59,532 bases of DNA. Source: Escherichia phage vB_EcoP_phi315. The notes under the pieces were generated by a model. The model worked only from the letters and a program-made list of their open reading frames with translations, ran no database searches and was not told the origin of the DNA. Shown piece after piece: positions 39,915 through 49,367 of this stretch. The position numbers and the translations under genes were made by a program. Every line of letters begins with the position of its first letter. Within the stretch, counting starts at the first letter, position 1. Where the stretch lies: the sequence record PV189403.1; one strand, given 5' to 3'.

Positions 39915-39972
39915 ATATCACCTCAAATAAGTGGTTTGCTGCCTAATTTCATTTTCTGGCGACCAACACAAG

Positions 39973-40358
39973 TCATCTTGCCGTCAGTTGTTTTGATTTC
40001 CGGTAGCCTGCCGCGTAAAGAGCTACGTTTGGAAGACATACACCAGTTTCTGGTTGCTTATGTCCAAACTCATTCGCGTACACAATGGCCGCTCGCTCCA
40101 GATTGCGTCTGTATTCTTTCTGTTGCCAGATCACGTCCTGTGCCATGAACTTAATTGGCTTAGCGTCTTCTATGCGCTCAGGCGTTTCGTGAGTACCTTT
40201 AGCCTGAATCTGCGCTCTGCTTAGAGTAGGGCGGTGTAATACTTCTGAACTTATTGCTTCTTCGCGGGCCAGCACGCCGTTAGCTAATGCCTTTGCCTTT
40301 AAACGCTCACGACGACGAGAACGTGAATTGCCTTTGAACTGAGTTCTGCGTGTCATAT
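39973..40358 (-). CDS. N: N antitermination protein (P22/21 type)
   Basis: ATG at 40356-40358 with AGGAGG RBS; N-terminal Arg-rich motif SRSRRRERLKAKA; C-terminus VALYAAGYRKSKQLTAR resembles P22 N. Confidence 0.7.
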
Positions 40359-40511
40359 AGACCTCCTGATGAACTTTGGTGGTGTGGTAGGTGGGAGACC
40401 CATTTCGACCTACTTCAATTCGGCAATAGTCCCGCAGGCCTCGCCGCTTTACGTGCGACATATTCCCGTCCATGAACCCTTCACCACACCCCAAAGTTCA
40501 CTTTGGTTATT

Positions 40512-40526
40512 GCGCTTTGTCAGCGC
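40512..40526 (-). promoter_or_regulatory. nutL boxB hairpin (GCGCUGACAAAGCGC)
   Basis: 5-bp stem with GACAA pentaloop on the leftward transcript between the pL region and N. Confidence 0.6.
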
Positions 40527-40810
40527 CGTAGATTCATATTCGAATCGTTGTATATTCACCGCCCTGGTGAGTAATGCGTCCTGCTGATGACGATAATAAT
40601 GAACCAATAGTTCGACATTATCAAGAACTATTGGTACGAATTTTGGTGATTTATTAACTCTACGAAGTATGATTCTGATATATAAGGAAATTTATTTTTG
40701 AAAATGTGGCTGATGAAGGTTATGCGGCAGGGATCATAACTGCATGGTTTAGCGAGTTACATCAATAAATACAATTGGTTATGTTTTTTAGGTGGGGGGA
40801 TCGTGAGGCA

Positions 40811-40834
40811 AAGAAAACCCGGCGCTGAGGCCGG
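40811..40834 (-). terminator. intrinsic terminator ending the cI-distal (rex-position) operon
   Basis: CCCGGC-gctga-GCCGGG hairpin followed on the minus strand by TTTTCTTT. Confidence 0.6.
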
Positions 40835-40835
40835 G

Positions 40836-41000
40836 CTAGATTTTAAAGTATTTATCTTTTAGAGATGTAGATGTAAAACTTTTCGCCTTTGAAAATTTTT
40901 TGTCATCAGAAGGGCTTATGAACTCATCTTTTTTGTAGGGAACCGCTAATGCTGCATCACGTCTGCGAGGCAGCTTGCTTACTTCCTCGCGCTTTTTCAT
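40836..41000 (-). CDS. small Lys-rich ORF downstream of the kinase gene
   Basis: 54-aa ORF not in the track, starting 2 nt after the kinase stop with AAGGA RBS; ends at the terminator. Confidence 0.3.
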   Translation of the reverse strand: MKKREEVSKLPRRRDAALAVPYKKDEFISPSDDKKFSKAKSFTSTSLKDKYFKI

Positions 41001-41002
41001 GA

Positions 41003-42049
41003 TCAGTTATCCTTTAATAACCTATACAGTTTTGTAGGGGTACATCCTGAGGATATTGTTAAGTTCGTAGCACGCCTTTTCCGCCCATCATCGTATAAAC
41101 GAAAACCAGTAGTAGACGAATTTTCTGCGTCAAAAACTATAGACAGTATAGCGTCCCCAGACTTTTTTTGCCATTCGCATGTGCCGTTAGTTGGTTTCGT
41201 CATCTGTAGACGCCAGTCAAGAACGCCATCACTTATAGCTGAGAGATCGTTTAGTACATCTAGTACGGATTGATATCTTTCATTTGGATCTACATGAATG
41301 CATTTGTTCACTATTGTTATTAATTTTTTATGTATATGGGGAGGATACTCTTTTAATGGATAGCAGCCATTAATTATCGACTCTCTGAGTTGTTCAATCG
41401 TGCTAAATGCAGATCTTTCTCTTTCAAAATTATCATGTCCAACACACATTCTATATATGGTTAATCCTGCCTGATATATGTCATATGTGAAATTATAATC
41501 ATTTGTTGATAAAGAAAAATATTCCGGTGGCACATGAAAATGATATCCAAACTCAGGCGCAGCTCTCGATTCCTCATTGACTAACTGAGATAATCCAAAG
41601 TCAGATAGCATGGCCTCATTTCTGTTTGATATCATAATGTTATTAGGTTTTATATCAAAATGCATAAGACCTTTTGAGTGTATATGATAAAGTCCACTTA
41701 AAAATTGAATGGAATACCGTATTATCTCCCTGCTTGTAAGATTATTTTTTTTCATTAATTGGTTTAGCGAACCATTATGATAAAATGGCATGGCTATATA
41801 GATATTGCTCTCACATTGAGCAGCATACTGAACTTGCACAATATTTGGATGTGCATGTTTATAGAGAAGCCTTGCTTCATTAAAGTAGTCGTCGTGGTTA
41901 GTGTTTTCTTTTTTTTCTATTTCTTTAATCACCAAGTCATGAGCTAGGTGTCTGTCATGAGCCAGATATACTTTTGAAAAACAACCCTGTTCTTCTAGAT
42001 CACTAATCCATTCGAATTCTACATCAGCTCTTTTGTATGGAGTTAGCAT
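41003..42049 (-). CDS. stk: Hanks-type Ser/Thr protein kinase (Stk-like)
   Basis: 348 aa with kinase subdomains: VIKEI (Lys), HFDIKPNN catalytic loop, DFG, PEY; AT-rich; start overlaps upstream gene stop. Confidence 0.8.
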   Translation of the reverse strand: MLTPYKRADVEFEWISDLEEQGCFSKVYLAHDRHLAHDLVIKEIEKKENTNHDDYFNEARLLYKHAHPNIVQVQYAAQCESNIYIAMPFYHNGSLNQLMKKNNLTSREIIRYSIQFLSGLYHIHSKGLMHFDIKPNNIMISNRNEAMLSDFGLSQLVNEESRAAPEFGYHFHVPPEYFSLSTNDYNFTYDIYQAGLTIYRMCVGHDNFERERSAFSTIEQLRESIINGCYPLKEYPPHIHKKLITIVNKCIHVDPNERYQSVLDVLNDLSAISDGVLDWRLQMTKPTNGTCEWQKKSGDAILSIVFDAENSSTTGFRLYDDGRKRRATNLTISSGCTPTKLYRLLKDN

Positions 42050-42504
42050 CCCCTTACCTCCGCAGATAGTGCAGCCAAAACAGCTTCATTTGTTTCAGTT
42101 GTAAAACCAGAATTATCGATTCCATTTATATTGCGGTGTGACTTCAATATTTCTTTATACTCGATCTCTGTTAGGTTCAATGATGATTTCATGCCAGATT
42201 TTCTAATAGTGTAATATTTTCTTACATCACTGCTTGAAAATGCTTCTTGAATAACAGCTTCTATATAAAGGCGGTCAATGCTAAGATTATCAGAGTTTGA
42301 TTCAGTAACGCGTATGGCAGCTAATTCAACATTATATAAATTAAGAATGTCGAGGATGTTATTTCTCACATACTTTAATTTTTCTGGTGTGTCTAAGGTC
42401 GAAGGTATTTTAATAACATCAACACATTTGAGTGCAGACTCATTAGTGCAATATACAACAAAAGATGTAACTTTGGGCGCCGCTCTAACACCTAGTATTC
42501 TCAT
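42043..42504 (-). CDS. hypothetical protein, kinase-cassette partner
   Basis: 153-aa AT-rich ORF (MRILGVRAAPKVTSFVVY...) overlapping the kinase start by 7 nt. Confidence 0.5.
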   Translation of the reverse strand: MRILGVRAAPKVTSFVVYCTNESALKCVDVIKIPSTLDTPEKLKYVRNNILDILNLYNVELAAIRVTESNSDNLSIDRLYIEAVIQEAFSSSDVRKYYTIRKSGMKSSLNLTEIEYKEILKSHRNINGIDNSGFTTETNEAVLAALSAEVRGC

Positions 42505-42571
42505 TTTTTATATCCTATTTTAGAATCAGGCCGCATCTCTGCGACCATCCATCATCCAAACGTCTCTTCAC

Positions 42572-42913
42572 TCATCCGAAGAAGCAGCAATCCGGGTCAG
42601 CACGCACAAGCTCAAGCGCATCAGTCAGCGAAAGTTCAGTACTGTACTGATGCCATTTCATATCCTTCCGCATCCAATAGATTTTCCATCTATCCAGAGA
42701 ACGTATGTACTTGATTCTTGCTGATGGCAGGATGTTTGTTTCACCTGGATTGCCCTGCCACACGGGGCGCTGTTCGCCGATATCTATCGTTTGGTCATTG
42801 ATGCTATAAACAATATCCAGTTCATTGCGGATATGTTCAGGCGGCCTTATGCTTTCAATGAATTGGTGAACTTCTTTTTTTACTGCTTGATATTCAAGGT
42901 CATTGAACGCCAT
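42572..42913 (-). CDS. hypothetical protein, first gene downstream of cI
   Basis: 113-aa ORF with AAGGAGGA RBS, 60 bp downstream of the cI stop on the same strand. Confidence 0.5.
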   Translation of the reverse strand: MAFNDLEYQAVKKEVHQFIESIRPPEHIRNELDIVYSINDQTIDIGEQRPVWQGNPGETNILPSARIKYIRSLDRWKIYWMRKDMKWHQYSTELSLTDALELVRADPDCCFFG

Positions 42914-42973
42914 CTATCCTCCTTACCCAAACGTCTCTTCAGGCCACTGGTTACCAGCTATGTGACGATGAAG

Positions 42974-43681
42974 TCACGAACTTTTCAGCCACTCCCTTGC
43001 CTCGATGTCATCCAGATGGCGAGATTGCTTCAGAATACCAGCTACATACTCCACCTTTGCTACTTGATGATAAGGCAACGTTATAGGCCTGTGATCCTGG
43101 TTAATGCTTGTAAATTGGTATTCTCCATCTCTGTCATAGCCAAGAACCTTAATCATGTTGTGTCCTTCAACGGTTCTGACAAACACCTCATCACCCGGGA
43201 ATACTTTGGTGTTAGGCTCAATGAGTACATATTCTCCTGATTTTATTCTGGGCCACATGCTGTCTCCTTTCACACGAAGACCAAAGGCATCTGGATCATC
43301 GCTATAAATTTTGAGCCACCCATCGCGCTCTTCGGTCATCTCGATGGCACCATCAACACCAAGAATTGCCTCACCAACCACGCGCACTAACCCTTTTTTT
43401 AATTTGCCAACAAATGAAAGAGTATCTTCATCATTCGCTCCATTTAACGAAGTGCCGTGCTGAAGCCAAACAACATCAACGTTTAGAAATTTCGCAAGCG
43501 CATTCATTTTTTCCTGACGCGGTAAAGACTCAGCATTAAACCATTTGCTAACGCCTTTGGACGAAAGAGAAAGGGCACGGGCTATAGCCATTCCCCTACC
43601 ATGTTCATCAAGACCAGCTTCTTTACAGGCTTGCGCTAGCCGCTGGGCGAATTCTTTGCGCACTTTTTCATTCTGAACCAT
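42974..43681 (-). CDS. cI: CI-type prophage repressor (HTH + LexA/S24 peptidase-like domain)
   Basis: 235 aa; N-terminal HTH; C-terminal GDSMWPRIKSGEYVLIEP Ser-Lys autocleavage motif; divergent from cro. Confidence 0.85.
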   Translation of the reverse strand: MVQNEKVRKEFAQRLAQACKEAGLDEHGRGMAIARALSLSSKGVSKWFNAESLPRQEKMNALAKFLNVDVVWLQHGTSLNGANDEDTLSFVGKLKKGLVRVVGEAILGVDGAIEMTEERDGWLKIYSDDPDAFGLRVKGDSMWPRIKSGEYVLIEPNTKVFPGDEVFVRTVEGHNMIKVLGYDRDGEYQFTSINQDHRPITLPYHQVAKVEYVAGILKQSRHLDDIEAREWLKSS

Positions 43682-43759
43682 GAGTACGATACTAAAGCAC
43701 TTGCAAAAACTTTCAGTTCAACCATAATACGTACTGAAAGTACGAAAAAGGATATTCCT
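43682..43759. promoter_or_regulatory. OR operator/promoter region (pR, pRM)
   Basis: 78-bp cI-cro intergenic; pR-like -35 TTGCAA (43701-43706) and -10 ATAATA (43724-43729); palindrome CGTACTGAAAGTACG at 43729-43743; GTACGA half-site motif recurs. Confidence 0.55.
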
Positions 43760-43987
43760 ATGCAAAATCTTGATGAGCCGATTAAAGGTGTCGGCATCCC
43801 TGAAGTTGCGAAGGCTTGTGGAGTTAGCGAAAGGGCTGTCTATAAGTGGCTCAAAAACGGCTTCCTCCCTAAGACTGAGTTTTTTGGGAAAACTAAATAC
43901 GCATCAAAAATCGAAGAGATTTCTGGTGGCAAATATCAAGCAAGCGAAATGCTTGAAATAAGCAAAAAGAACCTTCTGGCTGCATAA
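43760..43987 (+). CDS. cro: Cro-like HTH repressor
   Basis: 75-aa ORF divergent from cI with HTH (VAKACGVSERAVYKWLKNG). Confidence 0.65.
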   Translation: MQNLDEPIKGVGIPEVAKACGVSERAVYKWLKNGFLPKTEFFGKTKYASKIEEISGGKYQASEMLEISKKNLLAA

Positions 43988-44025
43988 GTAACACCGCTAT
44001 TTTCACAATGGACATTCGTCCTACG

Positions 44026-44040
44026 TCGCTGACAAAGCGA
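44026..44040 (+). promoter_or_regulatory. nutR boxB hairpin (UCGCUGACAAAGCGA)
   Basis: Same GACAA pentaloop hairpin as nutL, located between cro and cII. Confidence 0.55.
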
Positions 44041-44070
44041 GTCCCAATATATCTGACCAACTAAGGCCAT

Positions 44071-44093
44071 ATGCGTTTCCACGCATACCTTTC
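44071..44093 (+). terminator. possible tR1 terminator
   Basis: ATGCGT-ttcc-ACGCAT hairpin followed by a weak U-tract. Confidence 0.35.
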
Positions 44094-44125
44094 AACTAGC
44101 TATTCACTATTGGAAATCTTAAGAA

Positions 44126-44422
44126 ATGGAACAAACAAGTTACAGCAAACTATCCCAGCGTGACGTTGATCGCGCAGAAACAGATTTACTCATCAACCTG
44201 TCAACGCTTACCCAGCGCGGTCTGGCAAAGATGATTGGCTGTCATGAATCGAAGATAAGCAGAACAGACTGGAGGTTTATAGCTTCGGTCTTGTGTGCTT
44301 TCGGAATGGCATCAGACATCAGTCCGATTAGCAGGGCTTTTAAGTATGCGCTTGATGAAATCACAAAGAAAAAATCCCCGGTGGCCGCCGGGGACTCTAA
44401 GCAAATTGATATGCAATTCTGA
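44126..44422 (+). CDS. cII: CII-like transcriptional activator
   Basis: 98 aa; C-terminus [18 protein letters not shown] resembles lambda CII; position after cro/nutR. Confidence 0.65.
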   Translation: MEQTSYSKLSQRDVDRAETDLLINLSTLTQRGLAKMIGCHESKISRTDWRFIASVLCAFGMASDISPISRAFKYALDEITKKKSPVAAGDSKQIDMQF

Positions 44423-44454
44423 GGGAATTACTGGATCAATCCACAGGAGTCATT

Positions 44455-44601
44455 ATGACAAAACAACTCAGTCCTTACCAGGACAAAATTCACAAACACA
44501 TACTACGTGATCGCTTCCTGTCCAGCTTCAAGCAGCCTGGTCGATTCCGGGCTGAGTTGGAAAAAGTGAAGCTGATGCAGAAGGAGAAAGGTCATGAGTA
44601 A
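44455..44601 (+). CDS. hypothetical small protein
   Basis: 48-aa ORF not in the track, with AGGAG RBS, overlapping the O-like gene start. Confidence 0.3.
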   Translation: MTKQLSPYQDKIHKHILRDRFLSSFKQPGRFRAELEKVKLMQKEKGHE

Positions 44602-45493
44602 CATATCTAATCTAGCCGAAGCCAGAGAGGCCAGAAGGCTACAACAACCGCATCAAAGCAGCGGTAAGGGGTATGCCTTGCTGCACCGTAAAATTATGGA
44701 TGTGCCGTTTTACAAGGACGCAGAAGCTGCGCATCTGTGGGTTCACTTAATCCTCAAAGCAAAGCATACGCCTGAGTATGTAATGACTGACGCAGGAGAA
44801 ATTCTGGTAGGCAGAGGGAAGCTACTTGGCGGTAGAAACTCTCTGGCGTTTGAAACAGGACTCAAACCAGATCGCGTTCAGTACCTGCTTAGAAAGTTCA
44901 AAAAACTCGGCATGATTGACTGGGTTTCACACGGTAAATTCTCAGTTTTCTCGGTAGAGAAATATGACGATTATCAGTCAAATTTTGTACCAGCAGATTA
45001 CCAGCAAATTACCACCTCAAAGCCAGCAATACCAATGCATGCAAGCAATACTGTACCAGCAGATTACCAGCAAATTACCACAGATAAAGAATATAATAAT
45101 ATTATCTCTAATACTGACGTATTAGAGAGTGCCACAGCAGACAAAAAGTCTGACAAGAAAAAACCTTCCGTCAGCTGTCAGGATGTTGTCGATGCTTACC
45201 ACGAAATCCTTCCTGAAGCGCCAAGAATCCGCGCACTGAATGACAAGCGTAAAAACCAGATCCGAACGTTCTGGCGCAAAGCCGGAGTGATAACACGCCA
45301 GCTTGACGGGCATGGGTTCACGATGCAGGACTGGAGAAATTATTTGAGCTACGTAGGCGAAAATTGCCGATGGATGTTCGAAGAGCGTCCAAACCATCAA
45401 CGCGGAACTATCTGGCACAAAAAGGGATTTGATTTCCTGCTTAACGATAATACCTACCTGAAAGTTCGTGAGGGTGAACACGATGACCGATAA
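44594..45493 (+). CDS. O: replication initiator (O-like) containing ori iterons
   Basis: 299-aa ORF after cII; contains two identical 29-bp direct repeats that encode the repeated peptide [10 protein letters not shown]. Confidence 0.65.
   Translation: MSNISNLAEAREARRLQQPHQSSGKGYALLHRKIMDVPFYKDAEAAHLWVHLILKAKHTPEYVMTDAGEILVGRGKLLGGRNSLAFETGLKPDRVQYLLRKFKKLGMIDWVSHGKFSVFSVEKYDDYQSNFVPADYQQITTSKPAIPMHASNTVPADYQQITTDKEYNNIISNTDVLESATADKKSDKKKPSVSCQDVVDAYHEILPEAPRIRALNDKRKNQIRTFWRKAGVITRQLDGHGFTMQDWRNYLSYVGENCRWMFEERPNHQRGTIWHKKGFDFLLNDNTYLKVREGEHDDR
44987..45125 (+). repeat. origin of replication: iterons plus AT-rich tract
   Basis: GTACCAGCAGATTACCAGCAAATTACCAC at 44987-45015 and 45053-45081 (four ACCAGCA core copies), followed by an AT-rich stretch to about 45125. 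Confidence 0.65.
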
Positions 45494-46919
45494 TTTTTAT
45501 GCGCCGCCCCATAGCATCGAGGCAGAGCAGGCGGTGATTGGTGGATTGCTTCTGGATGATGACAGCAGTGAGCGCGTCCAGAAAGTTCTGGCGATGCTGA
45601 AGCCTGATTCATTTTACAGCCGACCACACAAAATCCTTTTCGAAGAAATAACCAGAATGCACCGGGAGCAAAAGCCAGTAGATGGCCTGACGCTTTTCGA
45701 TGAACTGGAGCGTAAATCGTTAACGGTGTCTGTTGGCGGTTTTGCTTATATCGCTGAGATCGCAAAGAACACGCCAAGCGCAGCAAACATCGTTGCCTAT
45801 GCAATGCAGGTTCGTGAAACCGCAATGGAACGCTACGCCATCAACCGCATGACTGAAGCGACGGAATTGCTCTATTCCCGCAACGGAATGACTGCGACGC
45901 AGAAGTACGAAGCTATTCAGGCGATTTTCACGCAACTGACAGACCATGCAAAAACCGGATCGCGTCGCGGCCTTCGCTCATTTGGCGAGGTCATGGAAGA
46001 CTGGGTTAGCGACCTTGAGAAGCGATTTGACCCATCAGGCGAACAACGGGGAATGAGCACAGGGATCCCATCGCTGGACAGGATGCTGTCACCGAAAGGT
46101 CTGGTGAAAGGCTCTCTGTTTGTCATTGGCGCTCGCCCTAAGATGGGGAAAACGACGCTATACAGCCAGATGGCAATCAATTGCGCAGTGCATGAGAAAA
46201 AGCCCGCTCTGATGTTCAGCCTTGAAATGCCAGGTGATCAGATACTGGAAAAACTGGTAGGGCAGAAGTCTGGTGTTAACCCGAATATTTTTTACCTTCC
46301 GGCGACAAATGACGCCGATGACGGCTATCAGGGTGATTACGATGGTGACTTCAACAGGGCGATCGAAACAGCCAATCGCTTGAGTGAAATCGACATGCTT
46401 TACATCGACGACACGCCGGGATTATCTCTGGCTCAAATCGTCAGCGAAAGCCGTCGAATCAAGCGAGAAAAAGGATGTGTTGGCATGATTCTGGTCGATT
46501 ACCTGACACTAATGACCGCTGAGAAGGCCGATCGCAACGACCTTGCTTACGGCATGATCACCAAAGGACTGAAGAACCTTGCCAAAGAGCTTGATTGCGT
46601 TGTTGTGCTTCTGACGCAACTTAACCGCGCACTGGAAAGCCGAACCAATAAACGCCCATTACCAAGTGACTCACGAGATACAGGGCAGATTGAACAGGAT
46701 TGCGATTATTGGGTGGGGATCCATCGTGAAGGTGCTTTTGATGACAGTGTTCCACCTGGTGAAACCGAACTAATCCTTCGTCTCAATCGTCATGGCAATA
46801 CCGGCACGGTGTATTGCATTCAGGCAAATGGCGCTATTTATGACACAGACCAACAGTCTGCTGAAATGCGCCGACGTGAACGCGAGGAACCGCAGTCCAA
46901 GAAGAAAGGAGGATTCTGA
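45483..46919 (+). CDS. DnaB-family replicative DNA helicase
   Basis: ATG at 45483 overlaps the O stop; Walker A GARPKMGKTT; DnaB-like N-terminal EAEQAVIGGLLLD. Confidence 0.8.
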   Translation: MTDNFYAPPHSIEAEQAVIGGLLLDDDSSERVQKVLAMLKPDSFYSRPHKILFEEITRMHREQKPVDGLTLFDELERKSLTVSVGGFAYIAEIAKNTPSAANIVAYAMQVRETAMERYAINRMTEATELLYSRNGMTATQKYEAIQAIFTQLTDHAKTGSRRGLRSFGEVMEDWVSDLEKRFDPSGEQRGMSTGIPSLDRMLSPKGLVKGSLFVIGARPKMGKTTLYSQMAINCAVHEKKPALMFSLEMPGDQILEKLVGQKSGVNPNIFYLPATNDADDGYQGDYDGDFNRAIETANRLSEIDMLYIDDTPGLSLAQIVSESRRIKREKGCVGMILVDYLTLMTAEKADRNDLAYGMITKGLKNLAKELDCVVVLLTQLNRALESRTNKRPLPSDSRDTGQIEQDCDYWVGIHREGAFDDSVPPGETELILRLNRHGNTGTVYCIQANGAIYDTDQQSAEMRRREREEPQSKKKGGF

Positions 46920-47188
46920 TGAATAAAAAACAATTAGCCATTCTCGAAAAGGCATGGGATGCGCAAATATCATACGCTTTGAAAGAACAGGCACTACCAA
47001 TAATCCAGACCAAATCGAAAATAGCCAGGCAGTTATGCGATGACGGATTCCTGAACGAAGTTGAGATTACGCACCAGATGGTAACGTTCAAAGGGTATGA
47101 GATAAATCATCATGGTATAGCGGCGTATTGCTCCCATCTTCCTGATGACGTTGACATTGATGAAATGGAAAGGGAGATGAAGCAATGA
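46919..47188 (+). CDS. hypothetical nin-region protein
   Basis: 89-aa ORF coupled by ATGA overlap to the helicase gene. Confidence 0.4.
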   Translation: MNKKQLAILEKAWDAQISYALKEQALPIIQTKSKIARQLCDDGFLNEVEITHQMVTFKGYEINHHGIAAYCSHLPDDVDIDEMEREMKQ

Positions 47189-47261
47189 CCATCTACATCA
47201 CTGAGCTAATAACAGGCCTGCTGGTAATCGCAGGCCTTTTTATTTGGGGGAGAGGGAAATC

Positions 47262-47702
47262 ATGAAAAAACTAACCTTTGAAATTCGATCTCCAGCACAT
47301 CAGCAAAACGCTATTCACGCAGTACAGCAAATCCTTCCAGACCCGACCAAACCAATCGTAGTAACCATTCAGGAACGCAACCGCAGCTTAGACCAAAACA
47401 GGAAGCTATGGGCCTGCTTAGGTGACGTCTCTCGTCAGGTTGAATGGCATGGTCGCTGGCTGGATGCAGAAAGCTGGAAGTGCGTTTTTACAGCAGCATT
47501 AAAGCAGCAGGATGTTGTTCCTAACCTTGCCGGGAATGGCTTTGTGGTAATAGGCCAGTCAACCAGCAGGATGCGTATAGGCGAATTTGCGGAGCTATTA
47601 GAGCTTATACAGGCATTCGGTACAGAGCGTGGCGTTAAGTGGTCAGACGAAGCGAGACTGGCTCTGGAGTGGAAAGCGAGATGGGGAGATCGGGCTGCAT
47701 GA
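47262..47702 (+). CDS. ninB: NinB (Orf-family recombination mediator)
   Basis: ATG at 47262 (MKKLTFEIRSPAHQQNAIHAVQQILPDPTKP...), recognised as lambda NinB. Confidence 0.85.
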   Translation: MKKLTFEIRSPAHQQNAIHAVQQILPDPTKPIVVTIQERNRSLDQNRKLWACLGDVSRQVEWHGRWLDAESWKCVFTAALKQQDVVPNLAGNGFVVIGQSTSRMRIGEFAELLELIQAFGTERGVKWSDEARLALEWKARWGDRAA

Positions 47703-48226
47703 CTATCAAATCAAATACGCCAGCACACGACAAGGACTGCTGGCAAACGCCGCTTTGGCTTTTTGATGCACTGGATATTGAGTTTGGATTCTGGCTGGAT
47801 TCGGCAGCGAGCGACAAAAATGCTCTGTGTGCTCACTGGCTAACTGAGGCCGACGACGCGCTCAATTCTGAGTGGGTAAGCCACGGTGCAATCTGGAATA
47901 ACCCACCGTACAGCAATATCAGGCCGTGGGTGGAAAAAGCCGCTGAGCAGTGCATACAACAGCGACAGACGGTAGTTATGCTTGTACCAGAGGATATGTC
48001 AGTCGGATGGTTCAGCAAGGCTCTGGAGAGTGTTGACGAAGTTCGCATCATCACTGATGGACGGATTAATTTTATCGAACCATCGACAGGGCTGGAGAAG
48101 AAGGGAAACAGCAAAGGCTCCATGCTGCTGATTTGGCGACCGTTCATCAGTCCTCGACGAATGTTTACTACTGTATCCAAAGCGGCATTGATGGCGATCG
48201 GGCAGGGCGTCAGGAGGGCGGCATGA
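47699..48226 (+). CDS. DNA N6-adenine methyltransferase (phage Dam-type, NPPY motif)
   Basis: ATG at 47699 overlaps the ninB stop; motif IWNNPPYSN. Confidence 0.7.
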   Translation: MTIKSNTPAHDKDCWQTPLWLFDALDIEFGFWLDSAASDKNALCAHWLTEADDALNSEWVSHGAIWNNPPYSNIRPWVEKAAEQCIQQRQTVVMLVPEDMSVGWFSKALESVDEVRIITDGRINFIEPSTGLEKKGNSKGSMLLIWRPFISPRRMFTTVSKAALMAIGQGVRRAA

Positions 48227-48417
48227 GGCGACAGCAAAGAAGCATCACCGACATCATCTGCGAAAACTGCAAATACCTTCCAACGAAACGCTCCAGAAAT
48301 AAACGCAAGCCAATCCCAAAAGAATCTGACGTAAAAACCTTCAATTACACGGCTCACCTGCGGGATATCCGGTGGCTAAGACATCGTGCGAGGAATACAA
48401 GGGGATTGACGCGATGA
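48223..48417 (+). CDS. ninE: NinE
   Basis: ATG at 48223 ([23 protein letters not shown]...), recognised as lambda NinE-like. Confidence 0.65.
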   Translation: MRRQQRSITDIICENCKYLPTKRSRNKRKPIPKESDVKTFNYTAHLRDIRWLRHRARNTRGLTR

Positions 48418-48496
48418 TTTATCCGGGGCTATATTCCTCACACGCCAGCAAAATCTGGCGTCGGGATTGGCGTCCCGGATGAAAAAGGCGACAACA

Positions 48497-48516
48497 GACG
48501 CGCCAGCGTCTTTTTT
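48497..48516 (+). terminator. intrinsic terminator in nin region
   Basis: GACGC-gcca-GCGTC hairpin followed by TTTTTTATT. Confidence 0.55.
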
Positions 48517-48673
48517 ATTGTCGTTTGCACAGTCACATCTCAATGGTGGGCTGTGTGGGGGCGGAGCAATCCGCGCCGGTTCCTTTTTCCCGGTTACGCC
48601 AACCCTGCACAGTTCACCACCAAGCGATTGGCGTCGCAGGTGGTGATGATTCACAAAGAAAAAGGATCATCTT

Positions 48674-49348
48674 ATGGCCACCAAAATCGCAGTTGAAACT
48701 CTTTCCCCGATTACCCACAACCAGATCCCTGTCATAACCACCGAGCTATTGGCGCATCTTTATGGAACGGATGTTGCCAACATAAAAATGAATCATTCAC
48801 GTAATCAAACTCGTTTTCTGGAAGGGAAGCATTATTTCAAAATCGTTGGCGATGATCTGAAAAATTTGCGAGTAACTTTTAGTTACCTGCAAATTTCCCC
48901 CAAAACCCGCTCCCTCATCCTCTGGACTGAACGCGGCGCTGCCCGTCACGCCAAAATGCTCGAAACCGATCAGGCGTGGGAAGTGTTCGAAAAACTGGAA
49001 GACTGCTATTTCAGCCAGTGCAAGAAAAATACTGGCAAACAAGAGAAGAAGCCCAACGGGCTTTCCGCAAAAGAAACAGACAGCCTTGTTTGGCTGTGGG
49101 ATTATGCCAACCGCTCACAGGCATTGTTCCGTGAGTTGTATCCCGCATTAAAACTGATTCAGTCTGGCTATTCCGGCATATGCCACGACTACGGCTATGA
49201 GTTCTCGTATATCATCGGGAGGGCGAGGGGCGTTTTAATTAATCACACGCGGGATATAGATATTTATGAGCCTGACGGGCCGACGAACCTTCTGGCATGG
49301 GAAAGGCTTAAGAACAAAGAGTTGCCGCCTTCACTGCATCGCTACTGA
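48674..49348 (+). CDS. ORF6N/KilA-N-type DNA-binding protein (Roi-like)
   Basis: 224 aa; N-terminal [37 protein letters not shown]. Confidence 0.5.
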   Translation: MATKIAVETLSPITHNQIPVITTELLAHLYGTDVANIKMNHSRNQTRFLEGKHYFKIVGDDLKNLRVTFSYLQISPKTRSLILWTERGAARHAKMLETDQAWEVFEKLEDCYFSQCKKNTGKQEKKPNGLSAKETDSLVWLWDYANRSQALFRELYPALKLIQSGYSGICHDYGYEFSYIIGRARGVLINHTRDIDIYEPDGPTNLLAWERLKNKELPPSLHRY

Positions 49349-49367
49349 CAATTGACAACTTAACAAA

